Positions 1 through 10,329 of a DNA stretch of 55,023 bases are shown piece after piece (within the stretch, counting starts at the first letter, position 1; every line of letters starts with the position of its first letter). Both the position numbers and the translations under genes were made by a program. The notes beneath the pieces are model-generated. The model did no database searches and was not told the DNA's origin. It worked only from the letters and a program-made list of their open reading frames with translations. The DNA comes from Gammaproteobacteria bacterium (lineage in GTDB: Bacteria > Pseudomonadota > Gammaproteobacteria > Steroidobacterales > PWYM01). Location of the stretch: assembly GCA_041745895.1 (NCBI GenBank), contig JBGTIC010000438.1, positions 1 to 55,023 on the forward strand, written 5' to 3'.

Positions 1-8
1 AGCTGGCA

Positions 9-1091
9 ATGCCAGCCGTCACTGCAAGCCCCGACGCGGTGATCACACGCACGGCCGCTCCGCCCGTCGCAGCAGCGGTGCCAGCGCGCGTAAGCGCAGG
101 ACCGGCGCTCGGCGTTTCGAGCGAAAGGGCCAGTGCGATCCCCGACATCAGCGTATCAGCCAGAACGGCATCAGCCACAACCGCATCAGTCACAACCGCA
201 TCAGTCACAACTTTGCCGGCATCTGCGACCGCGACGGCCTCGCCGCGCGTGTCTACCCAGGCGCCCGCCGAGCGGGGAGACGGCCTGCTGCGCTGGCTCA
301 CGGGCCTGCTGGTAGGCCTGGGCTTCATCATCCTCGGCGGCTTGCTGGCCTGGTCGGCATTGCGACGCAAGCCCGAGTCCGATGATGCCTCCATCGATCT
401 TGAACAAACCGGCCGCGCCACACTGGCGCCACCGCCGTCCTTCGATCCGGGCCTGATGCAGACGGGTGCCATCGAGTTGCGTGCACAGGGCATGCAGGTC
501 GAGGAAGCCACCGACGAAGTCGAGGTGCTCGACCTCGGACCCGCGCCGGACATCGATCTCGACGACCTGTTCCCCGCTGTTGCGCAGGGCGATGAACACG
601 CGCCGGCGAGCCCTGTGGCGGCATCATCCAGGCCGCCCGAGATCAACGTCGAGGGCACGGGCAGCTTCAAGGTCCCGGACGTCGCGCTCGGCCACAGGCA
701 CAGCGGCGAGACCACCGTCGAGCATCGCTTTGCGGGCTTCAGCGACACCCAGGCGCTGGAGCTGCAGATGACCGAAGCCATGGCCATGCTCGAGAGAGAC
801 TATACCTCGCGCTTCGAGGCCGCCGTATCGCTCGACGACACCGGATCACTGGAGGCCACCGACACCCTGCATGGTGTCCCGGCTGAGGTCATGCGCAGCC
901 TCAAGGAACTCGAAGCCGAGGCTGAGGGTACCAATACGGTGATCGAGGACGCCGCGACCGCGATCATGCCGGCGCCCGAGATCGCTGCCGACGAGACCCT
1001 CGAACCCAACGCTGGCGATGACACCGTGCGCGCAGACGCAGAGCGCACCGCCCTGCTGGAGCAACCGCCGGGCAAAGCCAACACCGGCTAG
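9..1091 (+). CDS. Hypothetical membrane-anchored low-complexity protein (Ala/Thr/Ser-rich N-part, one TM helix, acidic C-part); possibly 5'-truncated by the window edge
   Basis: 360-aa ORF. Hydrophobic span LLRWLTGLLVGLGFIILGGLLAWSAL followed by RRK, then an Asp/Glu-rich tail. No in-frame stop upstream of nt 9. No catalytic motif recognised. Confidence 0.4.
   Translation: MPAVTASPDAVITRTAAPPVAAAVPARVSAGPALGVSSERASAIPDISVSARTASATTASVTTASVTTLPASATATASPRVSTQAPAERGDGLLRWLTGLLVGLGFIILGGLLAWSALRRKPESDDASIDLEQTGRATLAPPPSFDPGLMQTGAIELRAQGMQVEEATDEVEVLDLGPAPDIDLDDLFPAVAQGDEHAPASPVAASSRPPEINVEGTGSFKVPDVALGHRHSGETTVEHRFAGFSDTQALELQMTEAMAMLERDYTSRFEAAVSLDDTGSLEATDTLHGVPAEVMRSLKELEAEAEGTNTVIEDAATAIMPAPEIAADETLEPNAGDDTVRADAERTALLEQPPGKANTG
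168..212. repeat. Three tandem copies of a 15-bp unit (gcatcagYcacaacY) inside the first ORF
   Basis: Read directly: gcatcagccacaacc / gcatcagtcacaacc / gcatcagtcacaact. Encodes ASATT-ASVTT-ASVTT. Confidence 0.9.
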
Positions 1092-1109
1092 CGCCGGAGG
1101 GCACGCCAC

Positions 1110-3371
1110 TCAGCGCTCGGCATTCAAACGCTCGACTTTGCGCCAGCCACGTGGCAGCACGCTGCCACGCCGGCCACGGGCGCCCAGATAATCCGCCAGG
1201 TCGCGGTGCCTCAGCGTCATTCTGCGCTGGCCGCTGTAGATCGCCAGCACCTGCTCGGCTGACACTGCGGCCACCGCCACCATCGCCTCCTCGCCGGCCT
1301 TGAAACGCGCGGGGGTGATCGCCTGGATCTTGTTGCCTTTGCCACGGCCGAGCTGCGGCAGCTCGGCAATCGGAAAGCTCAGCAACTGACCTGCAGAATT
1401 GACTGCGGCCAGCAAAATGTCATCGCCCGACTCGACCGGTGCGGGCAACAGTACCGTGGCGCCTCGCGGCACACTCAGGACCGACTTGCCTGCCTTGTTG
1501 CGCGAATAGAGATCTTCGAGCCTTGCGACGAAGCCGTAACCGGCATCCGTGGCCAGCACCCACAGGCTGCCGGGTTCGCCGGCCAGCACACCGCGAAAAC
1601 TCGCCCCGTCGGGCGGGTTGAAGCGCCCCGACAGCGGCTCGCCCTGGCCGCGCGCCGAGGGAAGCGTATGGGCCGGCAGACTGTAGGCGCGACCGGTGCT
1701 GTCGAGAAACACCGCAAACTGATTGCTGCGTCCGCGACTGGCGGCCAGAAACTCATCACCGCTGCGGTAGTTCAAGGCCTGCGCATCGACCTCATGGCCG
1801 CGCGCCGCGCGTGCCCAGCCGCGTGCCGAGAGGACGAGTGTGACCGGCTCAGCACTCACCAGTTCAGACTCGTCCAGCGCTTGCGCAGCCTCGCGTTCGA
1901 CAAGCTGGGTGCGCCGCGCATCGCCGTGCTTCTCCGTATCCTCGAGAATCTCCTGGCGAATCAGCGTGCGCAGCCGCGCACGACTGCCAAGCAGCTTCTC
2001 CAGCTGCTTTCTCTCCGTCTCAAGCGCCTCCTGCTCGCCGCGGATCTTCATTTCCTCGAGCTTTGCCAGATGGCGCAGCTTGAGTTCCAGGATGGCTTCG
2101 GCCTGCGCATCGCTCAAACCGAAGCGCTGCATCAGCACGGGCTTGGGCTCATCCTCGCTGCGGATGATGGCGATGACCTCGTCGATGTTGAGGTAAGCGA
2201 TGAGCAGACCGTCGAGCAGGTGCAGGCGCTCGCGTACCTTGCCGAGCCGATGCTCGAGCCTGCGCACCACTGTGTCGGTACGAAATTGCAGCCATTCGCT
2301 GAGCAGCCCCTTGAGGTCGACCACGCCCGGCCGGCCGTCGAGCCGGATCACGTTCATGTTCACGCGCACCGTTCGCTCCAGATCGGTGGTCGCGAACAGG
2401 TGGTTCATCAGCGCGTCGATATCGATGCGGTTGGATCGCGGCGTGATCACCAGGCGCGTGGGATTCTGGTGATCGGACTCGTCGCGCAAGTCCTCGACCA
2501 TCGGTAGCTTCTTGGCGCGCATCTGTCCTGCGATCTGTTCGAGCACTCGGCTGCCGGAGACCTGCCAGGGCAGCTCGGTGATGACTATATCGCCGCCCTC
2601 TCGCTCCCAGCGCGCACGCACACGCAGCGTGCCGCCACCGGTCTCATAGATGCGCAGTACATCCTCCCGCGGCGAGATCAGCTCACCGCCGGTCGGAAAA
2701 TCCGGACCACGGATGTGCTCGCACAGCTCGGTCACGCCGGCCTTCGGCTTTTCCAGCAGGTGCACCAGCGCTGCAGACACCTCGCGCAGGTTGTGCGGCG
2801 GAATGTCGGTGGACATGCCCACGGCAATGCCGCTGCTGCCGTTGAGCAGCAAATTGGGCAGGCGCGCGGGCAGACGCACGGGTTCGGTGAGCGTGCCGTC
2901 GAAGTTGCTCGCCCAGTCGACGGTGCCGTGGCCAAGTTCGGAGAGCAGCAGCGCGGCATAGGGCGTGAGCTTGGCCTCGGTGTAGCGCATCGCCGCGAAC
3001 GACTTGGGATCGTCCGCGCTGCCCCAGTTGCCCTGGCCGTGTACGATCGGATAGCGGTAGGCGAAGTCCTGCGCCATGTGCACCATGGCCTCGTAGCAGG
3101 CCGAATCGCCATGCGGATGGTACTTGCCGATGACATCACCCACGGTGCGCGCGGATTTCTTTGGCTTGGCGTTCGCGGACAGCCCCAGTTCGCGCATGGC
3201 GAACACGATGCGCCGCTGTACCGGCTTGAGCCCATCACCGATGAACGGCAAGGCCCGGTCGAGAATCACATACATCGAGTAGTCGAGGTAGGCCTTCTCG
3301 GTGAACTGGCGCAACGGCTGGCGCTCCACGCCCTCGAAATTCAGTTCCACTTCGTCCACGTCAGACCTCAA
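1110..3371 (-). CDS. parC: DNA topoisomerase IV subunit A
   Basis: N-terminus [45 protein letters not shown] and AAMRYTE (active-site Tyr region) match ParC/GyrA. Lies directly downstream of parE. The ORF-track N-terminal 56 aa overlap parE and are rejected. Start is probably TTG 3371 or GTG 3359, so start is uncertain by about 12 nt. Confidence 0.9.
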   Translation of the reverse strand: MRSDVDEVELNFEGVERQPLRQFTEKAYLDYSMYVILDRALPFIGDGLKPVQRRIVFAMRELGLSANAKPKKSARTVGDVIGKYHPHGDSACYEAMVHMAQDFAYRYPIVHGQGNWGSADDPKSFAAMRYTEAKLTPYAALLLSELGHGTVDWASNFDGTLTEPVRLPARLPNLLLNGSSGIAVGMSTDIPPHNLREVSAALVHLLEKPKAGVTELCEHIRGPDFPTGGELISPREDVLRIYETGGGTLRVRARWEREGGDIVITELPWQVSGSRVLEQIAGQMRAKKLPMVEDLRDESDHQNPTRLVITPRSNRIDIDALMNHLFATTDLERTVRVNMNVIRLDGRPGVVDLKGLLSEWLQFRTDTVVRRLEHRLGKVRERLHLLDGLLIAYLNIDEVIAIIRSEDEPKPVLMQRFGLSDAQAEAILELKLRHLAKLEEMKIRGEQEALETERKQLEKLLGSRARLRTLIRQEILEDTEKHGDARRTQLVEREAAQALDESELVSAEPVTLVLSARGWARAARGHEVDAQALNYRSGDEFLAASRGRSNQFAVFLDSTGRAYSLPAHTLPSARGQGEPLSGRFNPPDGASFRGVLAGEPGSLWVLATDAGYGFVARLEDLYSRNKAGKSVLSVPRGATVLLPAPVESGDDILLAAVNSAGQLLSFPIAELPQLGRGKGNKIQAITPARFKAGEEAMVAVAAVSAEQVLAIYSGQRRMTLRHRDLADYLGARGRRGSVLPRGWRKVERLNAER

Positions 3372-5265
3372 TATCGGCAAGGTTGCCCTTGGATTGCAGC
3401 CAATCGCGCCGGTCGCCCGAGCGCTTTTTCGCCAGCAGCATGTCGAGCATGCGCTCGGTGTCATCGGCCGCCTCGACGGTGAGCTGCACCAGGCGGCGCG
3501 TGTCCGGCGCCATCGTCGTCTCACGCAGCTGCCCGGCACTCATCTCGCCCAGACCTTTGAAGCGCGTGACGCTTACCTGGCCGCGACGCTTCTCTGCGGC
3601 GATACGGTCGAGGATGATGTCGCGCTCAGCGATGTCCAGCGCGTAGAAGACTTCCTTGCCCACATCGACACGAAACAATGGTGGCATGGCCATGTAAACA
3701 TGCCCGGCTGCTACCAACGGTCGATAATGACGCACGAATAGCGCGCACAGCAGCGTGGCGATGTGCAGGCCGTCGGAATCGGCGTCGGCGAGTATGCACA
3801 GCTTGTGATAGCGCAGTCGCGACAGATCCGGCGAGCCGGGGTCTACGCCGAGTGCTACGCTGATGTTGTGTACTTCCTGCGAGGCGAGGATGTCGCCGGA
3901 CTCCACCTCCCAGGTGTTGAGGATCTTGCCGCGCAGCGGCATCACGGCTTGCGTCTCGCGATCGCGTGCCTGTTTGGCAGAACCCCCGGCCGAATCACCC
4001 TCCACGAGAAACAGCTCCGAGCGCGCCGGATCCTGCGAGGTGCAGTCGGCGAGTTTGCCCGGCAGCGCGGGACCACTGACGATGCGCTTGCGCACGACCT
4101 GTCGGGCGGCCTTCATGCGGCGATGGGCATGACTGATGGCAAGCTCGGCGATCTGCTCGCCGGCCTCCGGGTGCTGGTTCAGCCATAGCGCGAAATGATC
4201 CTTGACTACACCCGCGACGAAGCCCGCGGCCTCTCTCGAGGCCAGACGCTCCTTGGTCTGGCCGGAAAACTGCGGTTCGGCAAGTTTCACCGACAACACG
4301 TAGCTGACCTGCTCCCAGACATCCTCGGGTGCCAGACGCAAACCCCGTGGCAACAGATTCCGGAACTCGCAGAACTCGCGCAGCGCCTCGGTCAGCCCCG
4401 AGCGCAGACCGTTGACATGCGTGCCTCCCTGCGCGGTGGGAATGAGATTGACGTAACTCTCGGCAACACTCCCGCCCTCGCCGGCCCGCCAGGCCACCGC
4501 CCATTCCAGCGCCTCGCGCGTGGCGTCGAAACTGCTGGCTAAAGGTTGGGCCGGAACGCGCTCGACATCCCCCATGGCCTCGGCCAGATACTCCGCCAGC
4601 CCGCCTTCATAACACCACTCGCTGACCTCGCCGCTCTTCTCCACAGTGAAGCGCACGCGCAGGCCCGGGCACAGCACGGCCTTGGCGCGCAGTACATGAG
4701 TGAGTCGACTGATCGAGAACTGCGCGGAGTCGAAATAGCTGGCGTCGGGCCAGAAGCGAATCGTCGTGCCGGTGTTGGCGCGCCCGACCTTGCCGACCTG
4801 CTCAAGATCCGAGGCTTTGTGACCGCCACGAAAGCTCATGTTGTACTCGACGCCACCGCGGCGGATCCAGATCTCGAGTGACTTGGAAAGCGCATTGACC
4901 ACGGACACACCCACGCCATGCAGGCCCCCGGAGAACTGGTAATGCTTGCCGGAGAATTTGCCGCCAGCATGCAGGCGCGTGAGGATCAGCTCCACACCCG
5001 GCATGTTTTCCTGTGGATGCATGTCCACCGGCATGCCGCGGCCGTCGTCGGCGACTTCGAGGGAGCCGTCGCGATGCAGCGTCACCTCGATGCTGCGCGC
5101 GTGGCCCGCGAGCGCCTCGTCCACCGAGTTGTCGATGACCTCGTGCGCCAGGTGGTTCGGACGAGTTGTATCGGTATACATGCCCGGGCGGCGACGCACG
5201 GGATCCAGGCCACTCAGGACTTCGATATCCGAGGCGTTGTAGCTGTTGCTCATGGAACTGCGCAT
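3361..5265 (-). CDS. parE: DNA topoisomerase IV subunit B
   Basis: GHKL ATPase and Toprim motifs: [70 protein letters not shown]. About 630 aa without the large GyrB insertion, and adjacent to parC. An alternative ATG at 5253 gives MSNSYNAS. Confidence 0.92.
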   Translation of the reverse strand: MRSSMSNSYNASDIEVLSGLDPVRRRPGMYTDTTRPNHLAHEVIDNSVDEALAGHARSIEVTLHRDGSLEVADDGRGMPVDMHPQENMPGVELILTRLHAGGKFSGKHYQFSGGLHGVGVSVVNALSKSLEIWIRRGGVEYNMSFRGGHKASDLEQVGKVGRANTGTTIRFWPDASYFDSAQFSISRLTHVLRAKAVLCPGLRVRFTVEKSGEVSEWCYEGGLAEYLAEAMGDVERVPAQPLASSFDATREALEWAVAWRAGEGGSVAESYVNLIPTAQGGTHVNGLRSGLTEALREFCEFRNLLPRGLRLAPEDVWEQVSYVLSVKLAEPQFSGQTKERLASREAAGFVAGVVKDHFALWLNQHPEAGEQIAELAISHAHRRMKAARQVVRKRIVSGPALPGKLADCTSQDPARSELFLVEGDSAGGSAKQARDRETQAVMPLRGKILNTWEVESGDILASQEVHNISVALGVDPGSPDLSRLRYHKLCILADADSDGLHIATLLCALFVRHYRPLVAAGHVYMAMPPLFRVDVGKEVFYALDIAERDIILDRIAAEKRRGQVSVTRFKGLGEMSAGQLRETTMAPDTRRLVQLTVEAADDTERMLDMLLAKKRSGDRRDWLQSKGNLADIEV

Positions 5266-5280
5266 ACCCCCAATGGACGC

Positions 5281-5302
5281 GGCCGACCCTGGAGGGTCGG
5301 CC
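5281..5302 (-). terminator. Perfect 9-bp stem / 4-nt loop hairpin downstream of the FAD-oxidoreductase gene and upstream of parE
   Basis: GGCCGACCC-tgga-GGGTCGGCC read directly, about 80 nt past the stop at 5385. No clear U-tract on the minus strand, so intrinsic-terminator function is uncertain. Confidence 0.35.
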
Positions 5303-5384
5303 GGCGGAGGCTTACGAGTATAACAGTGCCGCTCGGCGGCCAGCTCGGCGTGCCGGCGGGTGTTACCGGGCTATTTTTCCGGCT

Positions 5385-6917
5385 TCAGGCAAATTCAATG
5401 AGCTCCCGCCCCAGCAACCTGCCGAAGGCCAGGGCAGACATGACCGCCGTTCCGCCAGGCATTGACTTGCCGTTTACCTGACCCATGCCGAGCACTTCAC
5501 CGGCAGCATACAGATTCTGGATCGGCGAGCCATCCGCGCGGGTTACCCGCAATCGGCCGTCGACACCCAGTCCAGCGAAGCTGATCAGGTTCCAGCTGCT
5601 CAGCTGCACGGCGTAGAAAGGCCCGGCCTCAATCGGCAAAGGCATGTGCTGCCGGCCCAGCGCGTCGCGGCCCTCGGCGCGCCCGCGGTTGTATGCCGAC
5701 ACCGTCGCGATCAGCCCGCGGGGTTCGATACCCGCCTTGGTGGCCAAGGTGCCGAGGTCATCGGCGCGATAAAACATCGGCTCATTGTTGGCGAATGCGC
5801 GCTCTTCTTCTTCCGGTCCGAAGCTGCCGAAAAAACCTCCACCAAAAGCGAACTGCGGCGCGGCGCGGCGAATCGCCGAATCGTAAATGGCCCAGCATCG
5901 CTGATCGGGCAGCGTCGAGATGGCCTGCTCGTAGGCATCGTGGCTGGGGATATCTTCACGCAGAAACCGCTCGCCCTTGCCATCCACGAAGATCTCGTAA
6001 GGCGGGCGTTCGGGTGGGAAGTGCCGCGCCAGGGCACGAATACCGGTCGGCTCGTTGTAGTCAGCACGAATGGCGCCGAACAGCGGCGTATGAGTCTCGC
6101 CGCCGCGTACGTAGCCGCCCGCGGCAAGACCCAACTCGATGCCGATGCCCTTGCTCCATGGATAGGTTGCGCGCGAGTAGGTCTTCACACCCTCGTACTT
6201 AGCGAACATGTCGGGATTGGCTGTATAGCCACCGCAGGTCAGTGCCACTCGACGTCCTTGCTGTCGCACGGTGCGCCCATCGGGGCCCTTGAGGACCACT
6301 CCTGTCACGGTCCCCGTGCTGTTCTGCATCAGGTCAACCGCCTCGTGACTGGTCAGCACGGTGACCTGAGCGGACGCCACATGGGGTGCCAATTGTTCGT
6401 TCAGCACCTTGAGGATCGAGCGTCCGCCCTCCGGACCCCAGGCGTAGCGAGCACGGCTGTAGGGCTCGTGCGTGGTACCGGTAATCGGATGCCCGTCGAT
6501 CACCTCGAAACCGCAGTCCATCAGCCAGTCGAATGCTGCGGCCGAATTGTCCACAGAAAGTCGGAGCATCTCCGGGTCGGCCGTGCCCTTGCTGATCTCC
6601 ATGATATCGTCGTAGTGAGACTGCGCCGTATCCTTGATGCCGCGCGCGGCCTGCAGGCGCGTACCGGCTGCACTCATCTGGCCTGAGGACATGAACAGCG
6701 TACCGCCTACAGCGCCACCGGCTTCGACGACCAGCACCCGGGCACCACGCTGTGCGGCGAATATCGCCGTGGGCAGACCCGCGTTGCCTCCGCCCACGAC
6801 AATCAGGTCGTAATCGCTGCGGGCTGCGAAGGCGGCGTTGCCGGCACCGCCCAAGGTGGCTACAGTCGCGGCTGCCCCGGCCAGGCCGAGAAACTCACGC
6901 TTGGAGATTCTGGTCAT
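5385..6917 (-). CDS. Exported FAD-dependent oxidoreductase (fumarate reductase / KstD-like FAD_binding_2 type)
   Basis: Tat-like leader MTRISKREFLGLAGAAATVATLGG. Dinucleotide fold DLIVVGGGNAGLPTAIFAAQRGARVLVVE. C-terminal LYAAGEV..G flavoprotein motif. ATG at 6917; the ORF-track start at 6920 is GTG. Confidence 0.8.
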   Translation of the reverse strand: MTRISKREFLGLAGAAATVATLGGAGNAAFAARSDYDLIVVGGGNAGLPTAIFAAQRGARVLVVEAGGAVGGTLFMSSGQMSAAGTRLQAARGIKDTAQSHYDDIMEISKGTADPEMLRLSVDNSAAAFDWLMDCGFEVIDGHPITGTTHEPYSRARYAWGPEGGRSILKVLNEQLAPHVASAQVTVLTSHEAVDLMQNSTGTVTGVVLKGPDGRTVRQQGRRVALTCGGYTANPDMFAKYEGVKTYSRATYPWSKGIGIELGLAAGGYVRGGETHTPLFGAIRADYNEPTGIRALARHFPPERPPYEIFVDGKGERFLREDIPSHDAYEQAISTLPDQRCWAIYDSAIRRAAPQFAFGGGFFGSFGPEEEERAFANNEPMFYRADDLGTLATKAGIEPRGLIATVSAYNRGRAEGRDALGRQHMPLPIEAGPFYAVQLSSWNLISFAGLGVDGRLRVTRADGSPIQNLYAAGEVLGMGQVNGKSMPGGTAVMSALAFGRLLGRELIEFA

Positions 6918-6932
6918 CACAACTCCGACATG

Positions 6933-7856
6933 TTATTGATTCCGTGACTGCGGAACTTGAAAGCTCTCCAGACCCTCAGCGACCAAGCGCTTCACTTCGG
7001 CATCAAAGCGCGCTTGCCGTTCAATGAACGGCATGTGGCCGGTATCTTCGTAATAGGAAACGGCTGCCTGCGGCAGTTGTGGTATGAGCCCCTGAATGCC
7101 CTCGAGGCTTGCTGCGCGGTCCTGGCTGCCCACCATAAACAGAACAGGTAACTCCAGCTTCGACTTCAGATCAGCATTGTCCAAGCTACGCTGCACTATA
7201 ACCCCGCGTACTCTGGGACTAAGGAGCACGGCCGCAGCAACTTCCCGCTGTACAACATGCTCGTCCAGGGGCTGCACCACCATTCCTGTGACAAATTCCT
7301 GTGCTGCCAGGAATCTATCGCCCGCGTTGGCGGACATCGAGAGTCGCGTCATCCGCGCGAACCGCTCCATAGTGTCCGAATCGGGCGGCGGGAACGGCAA
7401 CATTCCTGCCGTGCTACCGACGAGCACTACACCAGAAAGATTGGCAGTGCCATGTTTTCGAACATAGTCCAGCGCAACGTGGCCTCCATACGACCAGGCG
7501 ACGATCCAGGGTTTTGTCAGGCCTGTGCCAGCGATAACCGCGGCTACATCGTCCGCCCAAAGCGCCGAATCGGCATAATCATCTGCATTCCAGGGATGCG
7601 CTGAATTTCCGTGCCCCCTGAGGTCGAACGCAGCGATGCGGTAATCTTCGGCCAACGACTCAAACTGCTGTAGCCAGCTGCTGGAACTCAGCGAAAACCC
7701 GTGGATGAACAGGATCTCCGGCTGCCCAGGCCGACCGGCGCTGATCACGTGCAGCGGCAAACCACCGCCCCCATAGACAGTTTCGCTCGTCAACCCTTCA
7801 GCCAACACTGGATGAGCCACGAAAGCGAGCATCCACAGAAGCATGCCTTTCCGCAT
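6933..7856 (-). CDS. Exported alpha/beta hydrolase
   Basis: Signal peptide MRKGMLLWMLAFVAHPVLA. Oxyanion region ILFIHGFSLSSSSW. Nucleophile elbow AWSYGG. C-terminal His in EDTGHMPF. Paralog of 30012-30941. Confidence 0.75.
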   Translation of the reverse strand: MRKGMLLWMLAFVAHPVLAEGLTSETVYGGGGLPLHVISAGRPGQPEILFIHGFSLSSSSWLQQFESLAEDYRIAAFDLRGHGNSAHPWNADDYADSALWADDVAAVIAGTGLTKPWIVAWSYGGHVALDYVRKHGTANLSGVVLVGSTAGMLPFPPPDSDTMERFARMTRLSMSANAGDRFLAAQEFVTGMVVQPLDEHVVQREVAAAVLLSPRVRGVIVQRSLDNADLKSKLELPVLFMVGSQDRAASLEGIQGLIPQLPQAAVSYYEDTGHMPFIERQARFDAEVKRLVAEGLESFQVPQSRNQ

Positions 7857-7946
7857 ACTTTTCACCTCACATAAACCGCTGCTTGCCAGCAAACCGCCCT
7901 TGGCCCAGCATCGATACCCCTGCCGCAGCCTCGCGTCTTCATCACG

Positions 7947-9395
7947 CTACATTTGTCCCAAGACTTCGACTGCTACGCGCTCACCCGACTCCATCGCGCC
8001 TTCCATGCCACGACTCACCTGGGCGGTGTGTTCACCACAGAAATGAACCCGACCGTGTGCCATGCCCACGTGTGGCGCCAAAGTGCTCACCTGCCCAGGC
8101 TTCCAGATCGCCCACCCGCCCCCCGCGAACGGATCGCGATACCAGGACTTGTATTCAACGACTTCAAGCTTGCCCTGCGAGGCAGGTCGACGCTTCGCCA
8201 GATCCGCAAGGACCAATGCGCGCGCCTCCGCTTCGGGTAGCTGGTCAAGGAATGCGGCTTTGCTTCCACGTACCCAGGCCGTGAGGCTGGTGACATCATC
8301 AGGCTCGGACCCATTGCGTTCGCCTACCAGGTTGCTTACCAGTCCGTCGCTGTACATGTTGGGGGAAAGGCCCTCTTCCTCCCAGAAAGGTGCCTTGCTG
8401 ACCATATGGATAAGGTTGACTGCTTGGGAATCCAGTGTCTGCACGGCGCGTGCCTGCGGTGTGGGCAGTGGCGGCCAGATTGAAATCCGACGCAGAACCG
8501 AGCAGGGAACAGAACAGACCACATGATCCGCCTTGTAAACCTGCCCGTCTGCAAACGTCACTTCAACCTGATCACCCACATCATGAATCGCTACGACACG
8601 TCGCTCCAGCTCTATGTCGTTTTTAAACGCGCGCGCCATCGCTTCCGGAATTGCCTGATTACCGCCTTCAGCGGTGAGAAACGGAGAGTCTCCGGGGCGT
8701 GCAGATTCCCTCTGATCGGTGAAAAACCTTGAGACAAACAGCATCATGAGCGCCGATACGTGGAATGCCGTGTCGCCATGCGACTGTTCCACGTCTGAAG
8801 TCACGCGAATGACATCGTCACTGACACCCTGCTGGCGCAGCCAGTCGTGGTAGGCGATGTCAAGGCCGCGATTCTCCGGTGCCAGCCACCCATCGAGCGA
8901 TGTCAGCGGATTCGCTTTCGTTGTCAGCTGACCCAGGTACGCCCACGGAGGCGTCTCCCGAGAATCTGCTGGGAAAGGATTTCTGGGATGCTCCGGCCAT
9001 TCCTGAAGCGGAATGTGCTTGCCGTCGAGAAAAATCTCGCGCCGCATCACATGGCTAATCACGGGTCTGCGGTCGACCAGCCCTACCCCATATTTGCGCA
9101 CGGCATCCAGAAGCCGCGCATACCCGTGCGCGAATCCAGTGCCGCCCGATTCAGGGGCACCGGGCAGCTCGCGAGCTGAACACACGCGTCCGCCCACTCG
9201 GCTACGGCCTTCAACCACACGGACATTCAAGCCTGACTGTTCGAGCAGGAGGGCGGCAGCAAGGCCCGACAGGCCTGCGCCGATAACCAGCACCTCGCTT
9301 CGGTTTTGCGACCGAAGCGCCCCTGGAGCCGCCATCAATGCGCCCGCTGCGCCCAGGGCTTTGAGCACCGAGCGCCGATTCGCTGAAGGCACCAT
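7947..9395 (-). CDS. Tat-exported flavin-containing amine oxidase family protein
   Basis: Leader NRRSVLKALGAAGALMAAPGA. FAD fold VLVIGAGLSGLAAALLLEQSGLNVRVVEGRSRVGGR. C-terminal HFCGEHTA..RGMEGAMESG typical of the MAO/amino-oxidase family. Paralog of 39503-40939. Confidence 0.8.
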   Translation of the reverse strand: MVPSANRRSVLKALGAAGALMAAPGALRSQNRSEVLVIGAGLSGLAAALLLEQSGLNVRVVEGRSRVGGRVCSARELPGAPESGGTGFAHGYARLLDAVRKYGVGLVDRRPVISHVMRREIFLDGKHIPLQEWPEHPRNPFPADSRETPPWAYLGQLTTKANPLTSLDGWLAPENRGLDIAYHDWLRQQGVSDDVIRVTSDVEQSHGDTAFHVSALMMLFVSRFFTDQRESARPGDSPFLTAEGGNQAIPEAMARAFKNDIELERRVVAIHDVGDQVEVTFADGQVYKADHVVCSVPCSVLRRISIWPPLPTPQARAVQTLDSQAVNLIHMVSKAPFWEEEGLSPNMYSDGLVSNLVGERNGSEPDDVTSLTAWVRGSKAAFLDQLPEAEARALVLADLAKRRPASQGKLEVVEYKSWYRDPFAGGGWAIWKPGQVSTLAPHVGMAHGRVHFCGEHTAQVSRGMEGAMESGERVAVEVLGQM

Positions 9396-10322
9396 CTAGC
9401 GACCCTCCTTGCCAACGGGTTTGCGGTTTTCCATGTAAACCGTGAACGAAGAATCGTTCGGAGAACCCCAACTTTCTGGGGACGGAGCCGTTAAAAACTC
9501 GGGGTAGTTTCTCGTCATATAGTCCAGAAGCTGCGGCGGTAGATTGGAAGCACGCCCGGTTTTCTGCATGAAGGTTCTATAGAGCAAATGCCCCTCGCTC
9601 TGTCCCATCAACATCCATGGCAACCAGGGACCAATCCGCAGCCAGGTACCGGTAAAGTCCGCCTGCGGCTCATCCGGGTCCGCCAATTGTGAGTAGCGCG
9701 CCGCTCGGTTGAACATCTCACTGGTCCTGTTTATACGGCCGGCACTTTCACGTGGCCATTCTTCCGGCGTCATGGGATTGGGGAAAGCGGCATGCAGCTC
9801 AAGCACGCTGAAGGCAGTGTCTTGCTGAATAAGCCATGGGGGCGCGAACGGAGTCTCAACAATGGTTCCGTCAAAGTCCTGCCTCCGGATCGGTGCAACT
9901 TCTGCAGTCACCGTGCGATTCAGAATAGGCAGCACGTGAACTGTTTCCTGATTCAGCGGATTGAACCAATGATCCAGATAGGCGCCTGTCTTCAAGTCCT
10001 TATATACCGCAAACTCGCGATTGAACATCCGGTATACATCACCGGACATCTGCTGAACTCGGTTGATGCCACACCCTTCCACACCAATCAGCGGCTCGAC
10101 CTTTTTCTGGTCTCCGATGACAGCGTAGATCGTGCCACCAAACCAACCGGTAGTTTCAACGGACGGATCCAGGTTTCCCACCAACTTGATGTAGGCTTTC
10201 AGGTTCTCAGCGGGATTGCTGAAATCGATCAGCGCCTCGCCGTGATCGTCTTTAGCCAGACGGCCTGCTGCACCGGCAGAGGCAATCGAGGAAGCACCGA
10301 TCAGGTTATTCAATAGCAGCAT
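9396..10322 (-). CDS. D1: exported protein of the 14-member DUF1838-like family (function unknown)
   Basis: Motifs NLKAYIKLVGNLD, YKDLKTGAYLDHWFNPLNQETVHV, WLPWMLMGQSEGHLLY. Its stop codon directly abuts the amine oxidase start (9395/9396). Hydrophobic N-terminus without RR. Confidence 0.8.
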   Translation of the reverse strand: MLLLNNLIGASSIASAGAAGRLAKDDHGEALIDFSNPAENLKAYIKLVGNLDPSVETTGWFGGTIYAVIGDQKKVEPLIGVEGCGINRVQQMSGDVYRMFNREFAVYKDLKTGAYLDHWFNPLNQETVHVLPILNRTVTAEVAPIRRQDFDGTIVETPFAPPWLIQQDTAFSVLELHAAFPNPMTPEEWPRESAGRINRTSEMFNRAARYSQLADPDEPQADFTGTWLRIGPWLPWMLMGQSEGHLLYRTFMQKTGRASNLPPQLLDYMTRNYPEFLTAPSPESWGSPNDSSFTVYMENRKPVGKEGR

Positions 10323-10329
10323 TCGACCC

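Noticed and set aside
1110-5265. Alternative reading of the topoisomerase pair as gyrA/gyrB
   Set aside because: The B subunit is about 630 aa and lacks the large insertion of proteobacterial GyrB. The two genes are adjacent and co-oriented in B-then-A order with an overlap. Both features favour ParE/ParC.
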